Assembly: GCA_963698075.1 (NCBI GenBank)
Contig: OY969116.1
Coordinates: 862,131-926,130 of the forward strand
Reading direction: 5' to 3'
Length of the DNA stretch: 64,000 nt
Origin: an uncultured Candidatus Berkelbacteria bacterium
GTDB taxonomy: Bacteria > Patescibacteriota > UBA1384 > UBA12157 > JAENIV01
Shown: piece after piece, positions 36,184 through 46,054 of the stretch
Numbering within the stretch: the first letter of the stretch is position 1
Layout of the letters: the number at the start of each line of letters is the position of its first letter
The notes under the pieces: model-generated
The model's database searches: none
Seen by the model: the letters and a program-made list of their open reading frames with translations, nothing else
Told to the model about the DNA's origin: nothing
Made by a program: the position numbers and the translations under genes

Positions 36184-37581
36184 ATGAATTTAAAAACCGT
36201 CATTGGGCTGGAGATACACGTTCAGCTCAAAACTAAATCAAAAATGTTTTGTAGGTGCGACAATAATGCTGAAAATGCCGCGCCGAATACTTTGGTTTGT
36301 CCGATTTGTATGGGGCTCCCGGGAACTTTGCCGGTGGCGAATAAACAAGCAATTGAATGGACTCTCAAAACCGGCTTGGCTTTAAATTGCCAAATTGCCG
36401 ATTTTTCTCGTTTTGACCGCAAACACTATTTTTATCCCGATTTGCCAAAGGGTTATCAGATTTCACAGTACGACAAGCCGTTTTGCACCGGTGGGTTTTT
36501 GGAAATCGATGTGGCTGGTGAACTCAAAAAAGTCGGCATTCGTCGAGTTCATCTTGAAGAAGATGCCGGTAAGTTAGTTCATCCTTCCGGCAAAAACTAT
36601 TCTCTGGTTGATTTAAATCGCGCTGGCACGCCTTTAATGGAAGTTGTTAGCGAGCCAGAAATCAACTCACCGCAAGAAGCCAAAATTTTTATGCAGGAAT
36701 TACGCTCAATTTTGCGCTATTTAGATGTCTCTGACGCCGATATGGAAAAGGGACATCTACGCTGTGATGCCAATATCTCGATCGAAGAAGATGACAAAGA
36801 AGGAGTCCCAATTGAAATTAAAAATATGAATAGTTTTAGAATGGTCGAGCGGGCATTATCGTACGAAGAAAAGCGCCAAAAAGAAGAGATCGAAAAGGGA
36901 AATAAAGTTGAAAAAGAAACGCGTGGTTGGATTGATGCCAAAGGCATCACCATCTCGCAAAGAGGCAAGGAATATGCCCAAGATTACCGCTATTTTCCTG
37001 AACCGGATTTGCCGCCATATGAGCCAGCCAAACTTTTCGATCTTAAAAAATTAAAAGAAGAATTGCCAGAATTACCGGCTCTCAAGCGTAGTAAATATAT
37101 AGAAATGGGTTTGCCGATTCAAGACGCGGCCATTATTTCCATAGACAATACAATGGCTGCCTATTTTGAAAAAGTGGCCGAAAAAGTTTCGCCGAAATTA
37201 GCCGCCAATTGGATAATTAATGAGTTAAAAAGCGAAGGAATTTTGGATATCGCGCCAGAGAATCTAATAATGCTTTTAGAAAAAATTGAGAGCAACGAAA
37301 TCTCCAGTAAAATAGCCAAAGACGTTTTTGCCGAAATGCATTCCACCGGCAAAAAACCAGACGAAATTATTGCTGAAAAAAGCCTTAAACAAATTGGCGG
37401 TGAAGATGAACTTGGTCGTATTATTGACGAAGTCATTTTAGAAAATAAAAAAACCGTTGCTGATTATCAAAAAGGCAAAAAAGAAGCCTTAGGATTTTTA
37501 GTTGGTAAAGTAATGCAAAAAACTTCCGGTCAGGCCAATCCCCAAGTTGTCAATCAACTACTAGAAGAAAAATTAAGCTGA
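36184..37581 (+). CDS. gatB: Asp/Glu-tRNA amidotransferase subunit B
   Basis: IGLEIHVQL, YFYPDLPKGYQISQ, YRYFPEPDL. Confidence 0.97.
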   Translation: MNLKTVIGLEIHVQLKTKSKMFCRCDNNAENAAPNTLVCPICMGLPGTLPVANKQAIEWTLKTGLALNCQIADFSRFDRKHYFYPDLPKGYQISQYDKPFCTGGFLEIDVAGELKKVGIRRVHLEEDAGKLVHPSGKNYSLVDLNRAGTPLMEVVSEPEINSPQEAKIFMQELRSILRYLDVSDADMEKGHLRCDANISIEEDDKEGVPIEIKNMNSFRMVERALSYEEKRQKEEIEKGNKVEKETRGWIDAKGITISQRGKEYAQDYRYFPEPDLPPYEPAKLFDLKKLKEELPELPALKRSKYIEMGLPIQDAAIISIDNTMAAYFEKVAEKVSPKLAANWIINELKSEGILDIAPENLIMLLEKIESNEISSKIAKDVFAEMHSTGKKPDEIIAEKSLKQIGGEDELGRIIDEVILENKKTVADYQKGKKEALGFLVGKVMQKTSGQANPQVVNQLLEEKLS

Positions 37582-37628
37582 CTTGTAATATTTTTTATTT
37601 GCGCTAAAATATATTTCACAAGGAGTTT

Positions 37629-38813
37629 ATGATGCCTAAAAAAATAAACTATTTAGATGATGCCAAAAAATTTCCCAAGAAATTGCGCCGTGGCGGCGTT
37701 TTTATGGTTATTTTTCTGGTGTTGGCCTTTCTCATGGGAGTGGTTGGGGGCACAGGTGCAATTTTACTTCTTTCCTCTAATAGTAAATTTCAAAACGCCC
37801 TGGGGATTAAGGGTTCAAATTTAAATATCGCCACCACTAAAACTGAAAAACTACGCTTAGAGGAATCTTCGGCGATTATTGACTCCTCCAAAAAAGTTAC
37901 CCCGGCAGTGGTTTCTATCACCACTAGTCAAAATGTTTTGGATTTTTTTGGAAGAACGATTGAAGAACAAGGAGGTGGAACTGGTTTTATAGTTACTAAT
38001 GATGGTCTTATTATAACTAATAAACATGTCGCTGAAGCCGGAAGTTCTCTTTCGGTTTTAACTGCTGATGGCAAAGACTATCAAGCTAAAGTGGTGGCTG
38101 AAGATCCGACCAATGATTTGGCAATTTTAAAAATCGAGGCTCAAGGTTTGCCCGTGGTTGATTTAGGGAATTCTGATGATTTACAAATTGGCCAATGGGT
38201 TATTGCCGTGGGTAATGCCTTAGGCCAACTTCAAAATACGGTCACTGTCGGGGTCATTTCTGCTCGCGAAAGACAGCTCATCGCTGGCGGAGGAGGAACA
38301 CAGGAACAATTGAATAATTTGCTCCAAACCGATGCCGCTATCAATTCTGGTAATTCGGGTGGACCGCTGGTCAATTTGGCCGGGCAAGTTATTGGCATCA
38401 ACACCGCCGTGGCCTCCAATGCCCAAAATATTGGTTTTGCCATTCCGATTAATCAAGCCAAAAGCGCCTTAGATTCTTACAAAAAAAGCGGGAAAATTAT
38501 CAAGCCATTTTTAGGAGTTCGGTACGTTACCGTCAACAAAGAAATTGCTCAATCGCAAAATCTCTCGGTTGATTACGGCGCTTTTTTGGTGGGCACGAGT
38601 AATCAAAGTGCCATCGTTGCCGGTTCACCGGCTGACAAGGCCGGCCTAAAAGATGGCGATATCATTTTAGAAATCAATGGTGATCGAATTGATGAAAATC
38701 ACCCACTTGCAGGATTGATAGATAATTTTCAACCTGGCGACACGGTCGATTTAAAAATTCTTCGAGCGGGCCATGAAAGCACTCTTAAATTAAAATTGGG
38801 CTCAACTGAATAA
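37629..38813 (+). CDS. HtrA/DegP-like serine protease with PDZ
   Basis: TNKHV, DLAILKI, QTDAAINSGNSGGPL. Confidence 0.93.
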   Translation: MMPKKINYLDDAKKFPKKLRRGGVFMVIFLVLAFLMGVVGGTGAILLLSSNSKFQNALGIKGSNLNIATTKTEKLRLEESSAIIDSSKKVTPAVVSITTSQNVLDFFGRTIEEQGGGTGFIVTNDGLIITNKHVAEAGSSLSVLTADGKDYQAKVVAEDPTNDLAILKIEAQGLPVVDLGNSDDLQIGQWVIAVGNALGQLQNTVTVGVISARERQLIAGGGGTQEQLNNLLQTDAAINSGNSGGPLVNLAGQVIGINTAVASNAQNIGFAIPINQAKSALDSYKKSGKIIKPFLGVRYVTVNKEIAQSQNLSVDYGAFLVGTSNQSAIVAGSPADKAGLKDGDIILEINGDRIDENHPLAGLIDNFQPGDTVDLKILRAGHESTLKLKLGSTE

Positions 38814-38961
38814 TCCTCTTGACAACCAAGCTTGTTGATCTATGCTTTAAATAGAGGGGAAATTGAGGATTTATTTTTTTGGTTTATTAGAAAGTTCTAA
38901 CAAGGGACAGTCTTGAGGACTGTTCTTTTGGATATGTACCTTAGCACAAGGGGGTAGACCG

Positions 38962-39270
38962 ATGGCAAGGGTGGATACTGACCGAAGCGCTATTCCTTTT
39001 CCTTTGAGCTATTGTCTAATTTGCGGGGCTTCGCTCCCTGTCTTGATCAGTAGCGATAACGACAGATGGGTTCAGGAAATCTCCTGTCGGGTTTGCCGTT
39101 CGATGAAAGGTAGGATCTATCTTAGACCCGACTCTCTTTTGGCCGAGGGTTGGGTAGCGCTCGGCGATATCAAGATGGTATATGAACCAGCCTTTCTTTT
39201 GCATCATCCGGAAATTGAAGTCCATCAAGATAGAACAATGGTCAAAGTCTGGCTTGCCAAAGCGATCTAA
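38962..39270 (+). CDS. Orphan with two CxxC motifs
   Basis: AAGGGGGT SD; CLIC, CRVC; followed by terminator. Confidence 0.65.
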   Translation: MARVDTDRSAIPFPLSYCLICGASLPVLISSDNDRWVQEISCRVCRSMKGRIYLRPDSLLAEGWVALGDIKMVYEPAFLLHHPEIEVHQDRTMVKVWLAKAI

Positions 39271-39305
39271 GTCCCGTATTCTACTGAGCGGAATGCGGGA
39301 CTTTT
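39270..39305. terminator. Bidirectional terminator-like hairpin
   Basis: AGTCCCGTATTC...GAATGCGGGACT-TTT between convergent genes. Confidence 0.65.
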
Positions 39306-40200
39306 AGTCACAAAATTTTTTGAGTTTGAGATTTTTATCAGCTTGAGATAAAGAATCAATGATTCTTTCTAAATTACCATCCATAATATTTTCGATTTTT
39401 GACCAAGATTTTTTGATTCTGTGGTCAGTGATTCGGTCCTGCGGAAAGTTATAAGTTCTAATTTTTTCTGAACGGTCGCCGGTGCCAATTTGGAGACGTC
39501 GATTTTCGCCTCGTTCTTTTTCTTGCTTTTCTTCTTCGAGAGCCAAGAGTCGCGAACGCAGGACCTTGAGCGCTTTTTCGCGATTTTTGATTTGTGAGCG
39601 TTCATCTTGGCAAGTGACAATCATGCCAGTGAGCAGATGAGTGATGCGGACAGCGGAATCGGTTGTGTTAACCCCCTGGCCGCCATGGCCGCGCGAACGA
39701 TAAACGTCAATGCGAATATCTTGAGGATTAATTTTAATATCAACCCCTTCGGCTTCGGGAAGGACGGCAACAGTGGCGGCCGAAGTATGTAGGCGGCCAG
39801 ATTTTTCAGTTTTTGGCACTCGTTGAACTCGATGAACACCTGATTCGAATTTTAAGTTTTCATAAGAACCTGGTCCAGTCACTTCAGCGGTTAGGTTTTT
39901 GATGCCTCCAAGCGATGTCCGGTCAGAATCTAAAATGCTGAAATACCAACCCTTTTTTTCGGCGAAGCGTTGATACATCCTTAATAATTCCCCGGCAAAA
40001 AGTTCAGCTTCATCCCCGCCAATGGCGGGGCGGATTTCAAGAAAGACATCCTGTTTAGTATCATTGGATGTCGTCATTTTGAGTGCATTACTTTTGATTG
40101 ATTCAATTTCTTCTTTGGCTAACTCGCGGATTGCGGGGTCATTGCTCGAGCGATATAGTTCTTCAGCTTCTTTGAGTTGCCTTTTTAGCTCTTCGTTCAT
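39304..40200 (-). CDS. prfA: Peptide chain release factor 1 (N-terminally short)
   Basis: [12 protein letters not shown] (PxT), [15 protein letters not shown]. Confidence 0.95.
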   Translation of the reverse strand: MNEELKRQLKEAEELYRSSNDPAIRELAKEEIESIKSNALKMTTSNDTKQDVFLEIRPAIGGDEAELFAGELLRMYQRFAEKKGWYFSILDSDRTSLGGIKNLTAEVTGPGSYENLKFESGVHRVQRVPKTEKSGRLHTSAATVAVLPEAEGVDIKINPQDIRIDVYRSRGHGGQGVNTTDSAVRITHLLTGMIVTCQDERSQIKNREKALKVLRSRLLALEEEKQEKERGENRRLQIGTGDRSEKIRTYNFPQDRITDHRIKKSWSKIENIMDGNLERIIDSLSQADKNLKLKKFCD

Positions 40201-40432
40201 TTTTTTTGCCTTTTTTTGCTCTCATTTCTTCGGCTTTTCTGACTCTACTTCGGAATTTATCGACTCGACCGGCGGTGTCAATAAATTTAGCAGTACCGGT
40301 ATAGAAAGGGTGACATGCTGAGCAAACTTCAACATGCAATTCAGGCACAGTCGAACCGACTTCAAAAGTATTGCCGCAAGCGCAGGTAACTTTGGTCCTA
40401 GGATAATACTTAGGATGTATGTCTTTCTTCAT
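40163..40432 (-). CDS. rpmE: 50S ribosomal protein L31
   Basis: [23 protein letters not shown]. Confidence 0.96.
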   Translation of the reverse strand: MKKDIHPKYYPRTKVTCACGNTFEVGSTVPELHVEVCSACHPFYTGTAKFIDTAGRVDKFRSRVRKAEEMRAKKGKKNERRAKKATQRS

Positions 40433-40575
40433 AATAAGTCTTTTCTAAATGGGTGAATACTTGTCCCTCCGAAATTCGCACCGTCATAACAGAATGTAAT
40501 TCGTTTGACGGTAAAAATGAAGGGGGATCTTTTTTCATACGAAAATATTGTAGCACGAGATTCGTTTCATGTAAA

Positions 40576-40608
40576 GATTACGCCCTCGTCTACGACGAGG
40601 GCGTAATC
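40576..40608. terminator. Perfect hairpin at end of orphan gene
   Basis: GATTACGCCCTCGTC-TAC-GACGAGGGCGTAATC. Confidence 0.6.
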
Positions 40609-40609
40609 A

Positions 40610-40972
40610 CTAGTCCTTATCGGGAACGGCCGCAAAGTACAACAGCTTACAGTTTGGGCACCAGCCCATCAGATCGTTGTAGTATCGCTCCTCGCCGGTG
40701 GCGGTGAGAAATGCGACACAAATCATCAGCACTGGCATCTTACAACGAAGACAGTCAATGATAGGGTATCTGATAATCCTGCGCAGGATTCGCTGGGATC
40801 GGCTGACCTTGCGGATGAAGAGTCCAGTAATGTTTTCGCGGCTCAATCCTAGACTCTTCTTGGCAGAAGCCAACTGTTCCAATAACCCCACTATCTCGGC
40901 GTCTGGCATCCGCACGCCGAGCTCAGACTTCACCGGAATTCCGTCTACCAACCAACAGCGTCGTTCCATCAC
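40610..40972 (-). CDS. Orphan with two CxxC motifs
   Basis: GGAGGT SD before GTG; CLRC, CPNC. Confidence 0.65.
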   Translation of the reverse strand: MMERRCWLVDGIPVKSELGVRMPDAEIVGLLEQLASAKKSLGLSRENITGLFIRKVSRSQRILRRIIRYPIIDCLRCKMPVLMICVAFLTATGEERYYNDLMGWCPNCKLLYFAAVPDKD

Positions 40973-41189
40973 GGCTGACCTCCGAGTTGGGATGCCACTG
41001 CCGCCCGGCAGTGGGTTCAGCAGCCGAAAGGCCTATCCCATAACATCGGAAGATCATAACAACATGCCTATATGGCATTTTATTTCGATTGAGGAACAAT
41101 TGGCCCATGTGACCTTGCTAATATTAGCATAAACCTTGTCAAAAGTCAAGCCAGGCAAAGTCCGCTTTCGGCGGACCGCCTGGCGCAGA

Positions 41190-41253
41190 CCCGGCAGATG
41201 ACACACTGCAATAACAGGACGTAGTCCGTTTTGCAGTAAGGAATTGTGCGGGG
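41190..41253 (-). repeat. ~65-70 bp hairpin element, diverged copy
   Basis: Reverse complement CCCCGCACAATTCCTTACTG...GGACTACGTCC...GCAG...GCCGGG resembles 63948 and 48651 copies. Confidence 0.65.
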
Positions 41254-41357
41254 TCAAGGTAATCAATCCATTGATTAAGATTGCGGAATATGCTAAGATT
41301 TCTTTGCGGCGGGAAGCCATATATTTTTTAGTCATTATATATTAGAATAGTATTAAG

Positions 41358-41505
41358 CAACCGCATAAAGTTATGGCGGGTGCGGCCCCATAAAATTGCT
41401 TTCTTTGCAACCTATTACACAGTGTAAGCAAAGAAGCGCAATTTACGGGGCTTCCTGAACTTTCTTTCTGCTTTCGCAGAAGCGAAATTCAGGAGTGGAA
41501 GGAAT
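41358..41505 (+). promoter_or_regulatory. Structured rpsB 5' leader
   Basis: Two long hairpins directly upstream of rpsB; S2 autoregulatory leaders are known at this position. Confidence 0.45.
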
Positions 41506-42246
41506 ATGCCGATGCCAAGCTTAACTGAATTACTTGAAGCCGGGGCGCATTACGGACATAAAAAAGAACGTTCATATCCCCGAGCCAAAAAGTTTACCTA
41601 CACAATCCGTGATAGTATTTATGTTATTGATTTGGAAAAAACCATTGCCCACTTAAAATTAGCTCTTGATTGGCTCCAACAAGCGACTCATTCGGGAAAG
41701 ATCATATTATTTGTTGGGACTAAACGTCAGGCAAAAGAAGCAGTCAAAAAAACCGCTCAAAATCTCAAGATGCCCTATATTGTCGCCCACTGGCTCGGCG
41801 GGACATTGACAAATTTCGAAACTATCAATAAAAGTTTAAAGAAACTTTCTGAATTAGATGAGCTTATAAAATCAGAGGATTTTGCCAAATATACGAAAAA
41901 AGAAAGAAAAAGAATCGAAGAAAAAAGAATTAAACTCAATGCTCTTTTTGAGGGCTTAAAAAATTTATCCAAATTGCCTGATATTTTATTCGTGGTTGAT
42001 ACCGCCAAGGAAAATGTGGCGGTGTTAGAAGCAAGACGGATGAATATTCCGATTGTCGGTATTTGCGATACCAACGCCAACCCAGATTTAATTGATTATC
42101 CCATCCCGGCCAATGATGATTCTGAAAAATCGATCAAGCTAATTCTTGGAAAAATAGAAGAAGGGTTAAAAGTGAAAAAAACCGAAGAAAAAGACGAAGA
42201 AGCTAAAAAGACGATCAAAAAAGTTTTTAAAAAAAGGAGCAAATAA
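41506..42246 (+). CDS. rpsB: 30S ribosomal protein S2
   Basis: LLEAGAHYGH, FVGTK, WLGGTLTN, DTN, PANDD. Confidence 0.96.
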   Translation: MPMPSLTELLEAGAHYGHKKERSYPRAKKFTYTIRDSIYVIDLEKTIAHLKLALDWLQQATHSGKIILFVGTKRQAKEAVKKTAQNLKMPYIVAHWLGGTLTNFETINKSLKKLSELDELIKSEDFAKYTKKERKRIEEKRIKLNALFEGLKNLSKLPDILFVVDTAKENVAVLEARRMNIPIVGICDTNANPDLIDYPIPANDDSEKSIKLILGKIEEGLKVKKTEEKDEEAKKTIKKVFKKRSK

Positions 42247-42702
42247 ATGATTACGGCCGAACAAATTGCCAAACTCAGAGCTGAAACTGGGGCCGGAGTG
42301 ATGGATTGTAAAAAAGCTTTAGAAGATTCCGATGGCGATTACATTAAAGCCAAAAAGTTGTTAGCCCAGAGTGCCCAAACCATTGCCAAGAAAAAAGCCG
42401 AAAGAAATGCCGAGCAGGGATTGATTGAATGTTATTGCCATGGCGGGAAAATCGGCGTGATTTTAGAACTAGCCTGTGAGACTGATTTTGTGGCCAGAAA
42501 TGATGAATTTAAAAATTTAGCTCATGAACTGGCGATGCAAATCGCTTCGATGAATCCGCAAAATGTGGAAGAATTAATGAGCGAAAATTATATTCGCGAC
42601 GAATCTTTAACGATCCGTCAATTAATTGAACAGACAATTGCCAAAATTGGTGAAAATATTCAAGTCAAAAGATTTACGCGATTTGAGTTGGGGGAAGGCT
42701 AA
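42247..42702 (+). CDS. tsf: Elongation factor Ts (short form)
   Basis: LRAETGAGVMDCKKAL, CETDFVA. Confidence 0.95.
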   Translation: MITAEQIAKLRAETGAGVMDCKKALEDSDGDYIKAKKLLAQSAQTIAKKKAERNAEQGLIECYCHGGKIGVILELACETDFVARNDEFKNLAHELAMQIASMNPQNVEELMSENYIRDESLTIRQLIEQTIAKIGENIQVKRFTRFELGEG

Positions 42703-43259
42703 TGTATCAAAATATCCTACGCAATCTCAGAATGAAAATGCAAGAGACTCAAGATAAACTGACGGAGAGCTTTCGTTCTCTTCGCACCGGTAAAGCCAAT
42801 TCTGCCTTGGTGGAAAATATTATTGTCTCTTACTACGGGACCAAAGTGCCTTTAAAACAAATGGCCAATATCTCGATTCCTGACACGAATTCGATTACCA
42901 TCCAGCCATGGGATAATAATTCCCTTGGAGACATCGAGCAGGCCTTGCGTAATTCAGAAACCGGCCTCAATCCAATAAATGACGGCCGTTTGATTAGATT
43001 AAGTCTTCCTCCGATGACTGCCGAAAGAAGAGAGGAATTAGTCAAAATGCTCCATCAAACTGCCGAGGAATGTCGTATCGCTTTGCGCAACCTGCGTGAA
43101 GAAGCTTGGAAAGAAATCAAAAAACAAGAAAGCCAGAAACAAATTACCGAAGATGATCGTTACGATGCCGAAAAGGAATTGAATAAATTGATTGAAGATT
43201 TTAATCTCAAAATCAATGATCTCATTGAGGCCAAAGAAAAAGAATTGAGGACAGTCTGA
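42702..43259 (+). CDS. frr: Ribosome recycling factor
   Basis: LRTGKAN, IQPWD, PPMTAERR. Confidence 0.95.
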   Translation: MYQNILRNLRMKMQETQDKLTESFRSLRTGKANSALVENIIVSYYGTKVPLKQMANISIPDTNSITIQPWDNNSLGDIEQALRNSETGLNPINDGRLIRLSLPPMTAERREELVKMLHQTAEECRIALRNLREEAWKEIKKQESQKQITEDDRYDAEKELNKLIEDFNLKINDLIEAKEKELRTV

Positions 43260-44314
43260 TGTTAATAAGCATCTTAACTTTTGTCGCTATCTTGGTAATT
43301 CTCATTCTTATTCATGAATTTGGCCATTTTATTATTGCCAAAGCTATTGGAGTTAAAGTTCAAGAATTCGCTTTTGGTTTCCCCCCAAGATTATTTAGTA
43401 TTGTCCGTGGAGGGACGCGTTATTCTTTTAATCTGATTCCTTTGGGGGGTTATGTCAGTCTTCTTGGCGAGGACGAAGCAGTTCTCAAGCCAGGTTCTTT
43501 TTATTCAAAAAAAGTTTGGCAAAAAATTCTCATCGTCGGCACCGGTGTGATCATGAATTTTCTTTTGGCGATTATTGTTCTCGCTATTGGGTTTAGTATT
43601 GGTATGACTCCACTCGTGTCCGATCCGGCTTCTTTACCGGGAGCCAAAACCTCCCAAGTAATGATTGTTGAAGTCGTTTCTGGTTCTCCGGCTTCTCAAA
43701 TTGGTCTGGAAAGAGGTTACATTTTAAACGGCTTTGCTTCTCCCTCTGATTTGCAGCAATTTACGCGCTCTCATGCCGGCCAAACTATTGATCTTTCGGT
43801 CCAAAAAAATGGTAATACTGAAGTTCGTAAAGTTACTTTAACTTCTGGGGACGCGCCGTTGGGAGTGGGCGCTGTTTCTATTACCCGTGTCAAACAACCT
43901 TTTTTCCAAGCTATCAAATCCGCTGTCATCGAAGTTGGTCGCAGTATCATTGTCGTTTTTCAGGTTCTCTGGATGATCATCAAAAGTGTTTTTACGACAG
44001 GTACTGCTGGGGAAGCTGGCGCTGGGGTGGTCGGACCATTTGGTCTTTACAACTATACTAGCGAGGCTGTCAAATTGGGCTTTATTTATGTTTTACAACT
44101 CTTAGCCATTCTTTCAATAAATTTGGGGATCATTAATATTCTGCCCTTTCCGGCTTTAGATGGGGGGAAAGTTCTTTTTCTGGGGCTTGAAGGCATTTTC
44201 AGGAAAAAGGTTATTCGTCAAGAAGTGGAAAATCTTATCCATACCATCGGCTTTATTTTGCTAGTTATCTTGCTTTTGGCAATTACCTTTAGAGATATAT
44301 TACGCTTTCGCTAA
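43259..44314 (+). CDS. rseP: RIP/M50 metalloprotease RseP
   Basis: HEFGH, IPLGGYV, NILPFPALDGG. Confidence 0.92.
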   Translation: MLISILTFVAILVILILIHEFGHFIIAKAIGVKVQEFAFGFPPRLFSIVRGGTRYSFNLIPLGGYVSLLGEDEAVLKPGSFYSKKVWQKILIVGTGVIMNFLLAIIVLAIGFSIGMTPLVSDPASLPGAKTSQVMIVEVVSGSPASQIGLERGYILNGFASPSDLQQFTRSHAGQTIDLSVQKNGNTEVRKVTLTSGDAPLGVGAVSITRVKQPFFQAIKSAVIEVGRSIIVVFQVLWMIIKSVFTTGTAGEAGAGVVGPFGLYNYTSEAVKLGFIYVLQLLAILSINLGIINILPFPALDGGKVLFLGLEGIFRKKVIRQEVENLIHTIGFILLVILLLAITFRDILRFR

Positions 44315-44436
44315 ACTAAAAACTAAAAACTCAAATGTTAAAGTTTTCAGTTAAAACAAAAATGATTAAATCCTTTATCATTTAAATTGAAGCTTTAAGT
44401 TTTGCCATTTAAGCTTTAACATTATAGAATTAAATT

Positions 44437-45654
44437 ATGCGATATTCTCAAAGCTTCATTAAAACCTTTAAAGAAACACCGCGCGAGGCAGAAAATGCTT
44501 CATCAGCCTTGCTTTTACGTGGCGGTTTCATTGACCAGGAAACAAGCGGCATTTATTCTCTGTTGCCCCTTGGTTGGAAAGTAATCCAAAAAATTTCTCA
44601 AATTATCCGTGAAGAAATGGATGCGATTGGCGGGCAGGAAGTATTTCTACCTTCGATACAACCCAAAGAACTTTGGGAGGAAACAGGACGTTGGAGCACC
44701 ATGGACCCTCCTTTGTTTAAATTTAAAGACCGTCATGAAAAAGATTTTGCCTTGGGCTCAACCCACGAAGAGGTAATTGTTGATCTTGTCCGCGATCGAA
44801 TCTCTTCCTATAAAGAACTGCCGCAGATGCTTTATCAAATCCAAACTAAATTTCGTAACGAACAACGCTCGACGGGCGGACTTTTGAGGGTAAAGGAATT
44901 TTTAATGAAAGATGCTTATAGTTTCCATGCTGACCACGAGGATTTTGAAAAATATTATCAAAAAATGGTTGAAGCATATCGCAAAATTTTCAAAAAAGTT
45001 GGCGTTGAAGTAAGAATGGTCGAAGCGCATTCCGGTTCGATTGGTGGTAAACGTTCAAACGAATTTATGATTCTTTCTGAAACAGGCGAAGACGAAGTTT
45101 TTATTTGCGGCTCCTGCGACTACGCTGTCAACGCCGAACTGACTACTGATATTAAAGCTTGTCCGGCCTGTGCTGGCGCGGTTAAATCGGCCAACGCTAT
45201 CGAGGTAGCCCACATTTTCGATTTGGGCGATCTTTATTCAACTAAAATGAATGGCCTTTTCACTGACAAAGATGGCAAACAAAAATCCTATTTTATGGGA
45301 TGTTATGGCATCGGCATCGGCCGGCTTTTAGCTTCGATTATAGAGGTAAGTCATGATAATAATGGCATTATCTGGCCTGAGCAAGTTGCCCCTTATCAAG
45401 TTTATTTGGCTGATTTAACAAACAGGAAGGCAAATAAAGTTTACGACGAACTGACGAAGTCAGGAATCGAGGTTTTGTATGATGATCGTCCGGAGTCTGC
45501 CGGCGTTAAATTTTCCGACGCCGATTTGTTGGGGTTACCTTATCGAGCCGTCGTCTCTGAAAAAACTGGCGACAAAATTGAGGTAAAAAAACGCGATAGT
45601 AAAAAGTCAAGTCTGATAACGCTTGACAAGTTTATTGAACAATTGCGACAATAA
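44437..45654 (+). CDS. proS: Proline--tRNA ligase (no editing domain)
   Basis: THEE, KFRNEQR, EFLMKDAYSF, MGCYGIGIGR. Confidence 0.95.
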   Translation: MRYSQSFIKTFKETPREAENASSALLLRGGFIDQETSGIYSLLPLGWKVIQKISQIIREEMDAIGGQEVFLPSIQPKELWEETGRWSTMDPPLFKFKDRHEKDFALGSTHEEVIVDLVRDRISSYKELPQMLYQIQTKFRNEQRSTGGLLRVKEFLMKDAYSFHADHEDFEKYYQKMVEAYRKIFKKVGVEVRMVEAHSGSIGGKRSNEFMILSETGEDEVFICGSCDYAVNAELTTDIKACPACAGAVKSANAIEVAHIFDLGDLYSTKMNGLFTDKDGKQKSYFMGCYGIGIGRLLASIIEVSHDNNGIIWPEQVAPYQVYLADLTNRKANKVYDELTKSGIEVLYDDRPESAGVKFSDADLLGLPYRAVVSEKTGDKIEVKKRDSKKSSLITLDKFIEQLRQ

Positions 45655-45685
45655 TAAAGACAAAAATAAATAGTAAGGAGGTTTG

Positions 45686-45919
45686 ATGGACGAAGACAAA
45701 ACGACCACGCCAGCAGCTGCAGGTGATTCTGGCTCTGATGATACTGGCGCCATGCCAGTAGAAGAGGAGGAAGAGAAACCAACGCCTGCCGGAGAAGGAG
45801 AAGTCGCTGAACCAGCGATAGGTGAACCAGCTGCAGGCGAAGAAGAAAAGAGTGAAGTACCGGCCGCGCCGGCTGGCGATTTGGGCGAAGAGGCCAAAGG
45901 CGAAAAGCCGGAAGAGTAA
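45686..45919 (+). CDS. Small highly acidic low-complexity protein
   Basis: AAGGAGG SD, E/D/A/P/G-rich, terminator at 45937-45966. Confidence 0.7.
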   Translation: MDEDKTTTPAAAGDSGSDDTGAMPVEEEEEKPTPAGEGEVAEPAIGEPAAGEEEKSEVPAAPAGDLGEEAKGEKPEE

Positions 45920-46019
45920 TTTTCAAAATTTTATACAAAAACCCCTGCGATTATGAGGGGTTTTTGTTATTGACAGAAGAACCATTTAATGATACATTTT
46001 TTTCTGTACGTTAAGTTTA

Positions 46020-46054
46020 CCCACCGTAGTCCCGCCAAGCGGGACGAAGGTGGG
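46020..46054. repeat. REP-like palindrome with GTAG
   Basis: CCCACCGTAG-TCCCGC-CAA-GCGGGAC-GAAGGTGGG. Confidence 0.6.

Noticed and set aside
42247-43259. Absence of pyrH between tsf and frr
   Set aside because: Consistent with reduced genomes; cannot judge absence from one window
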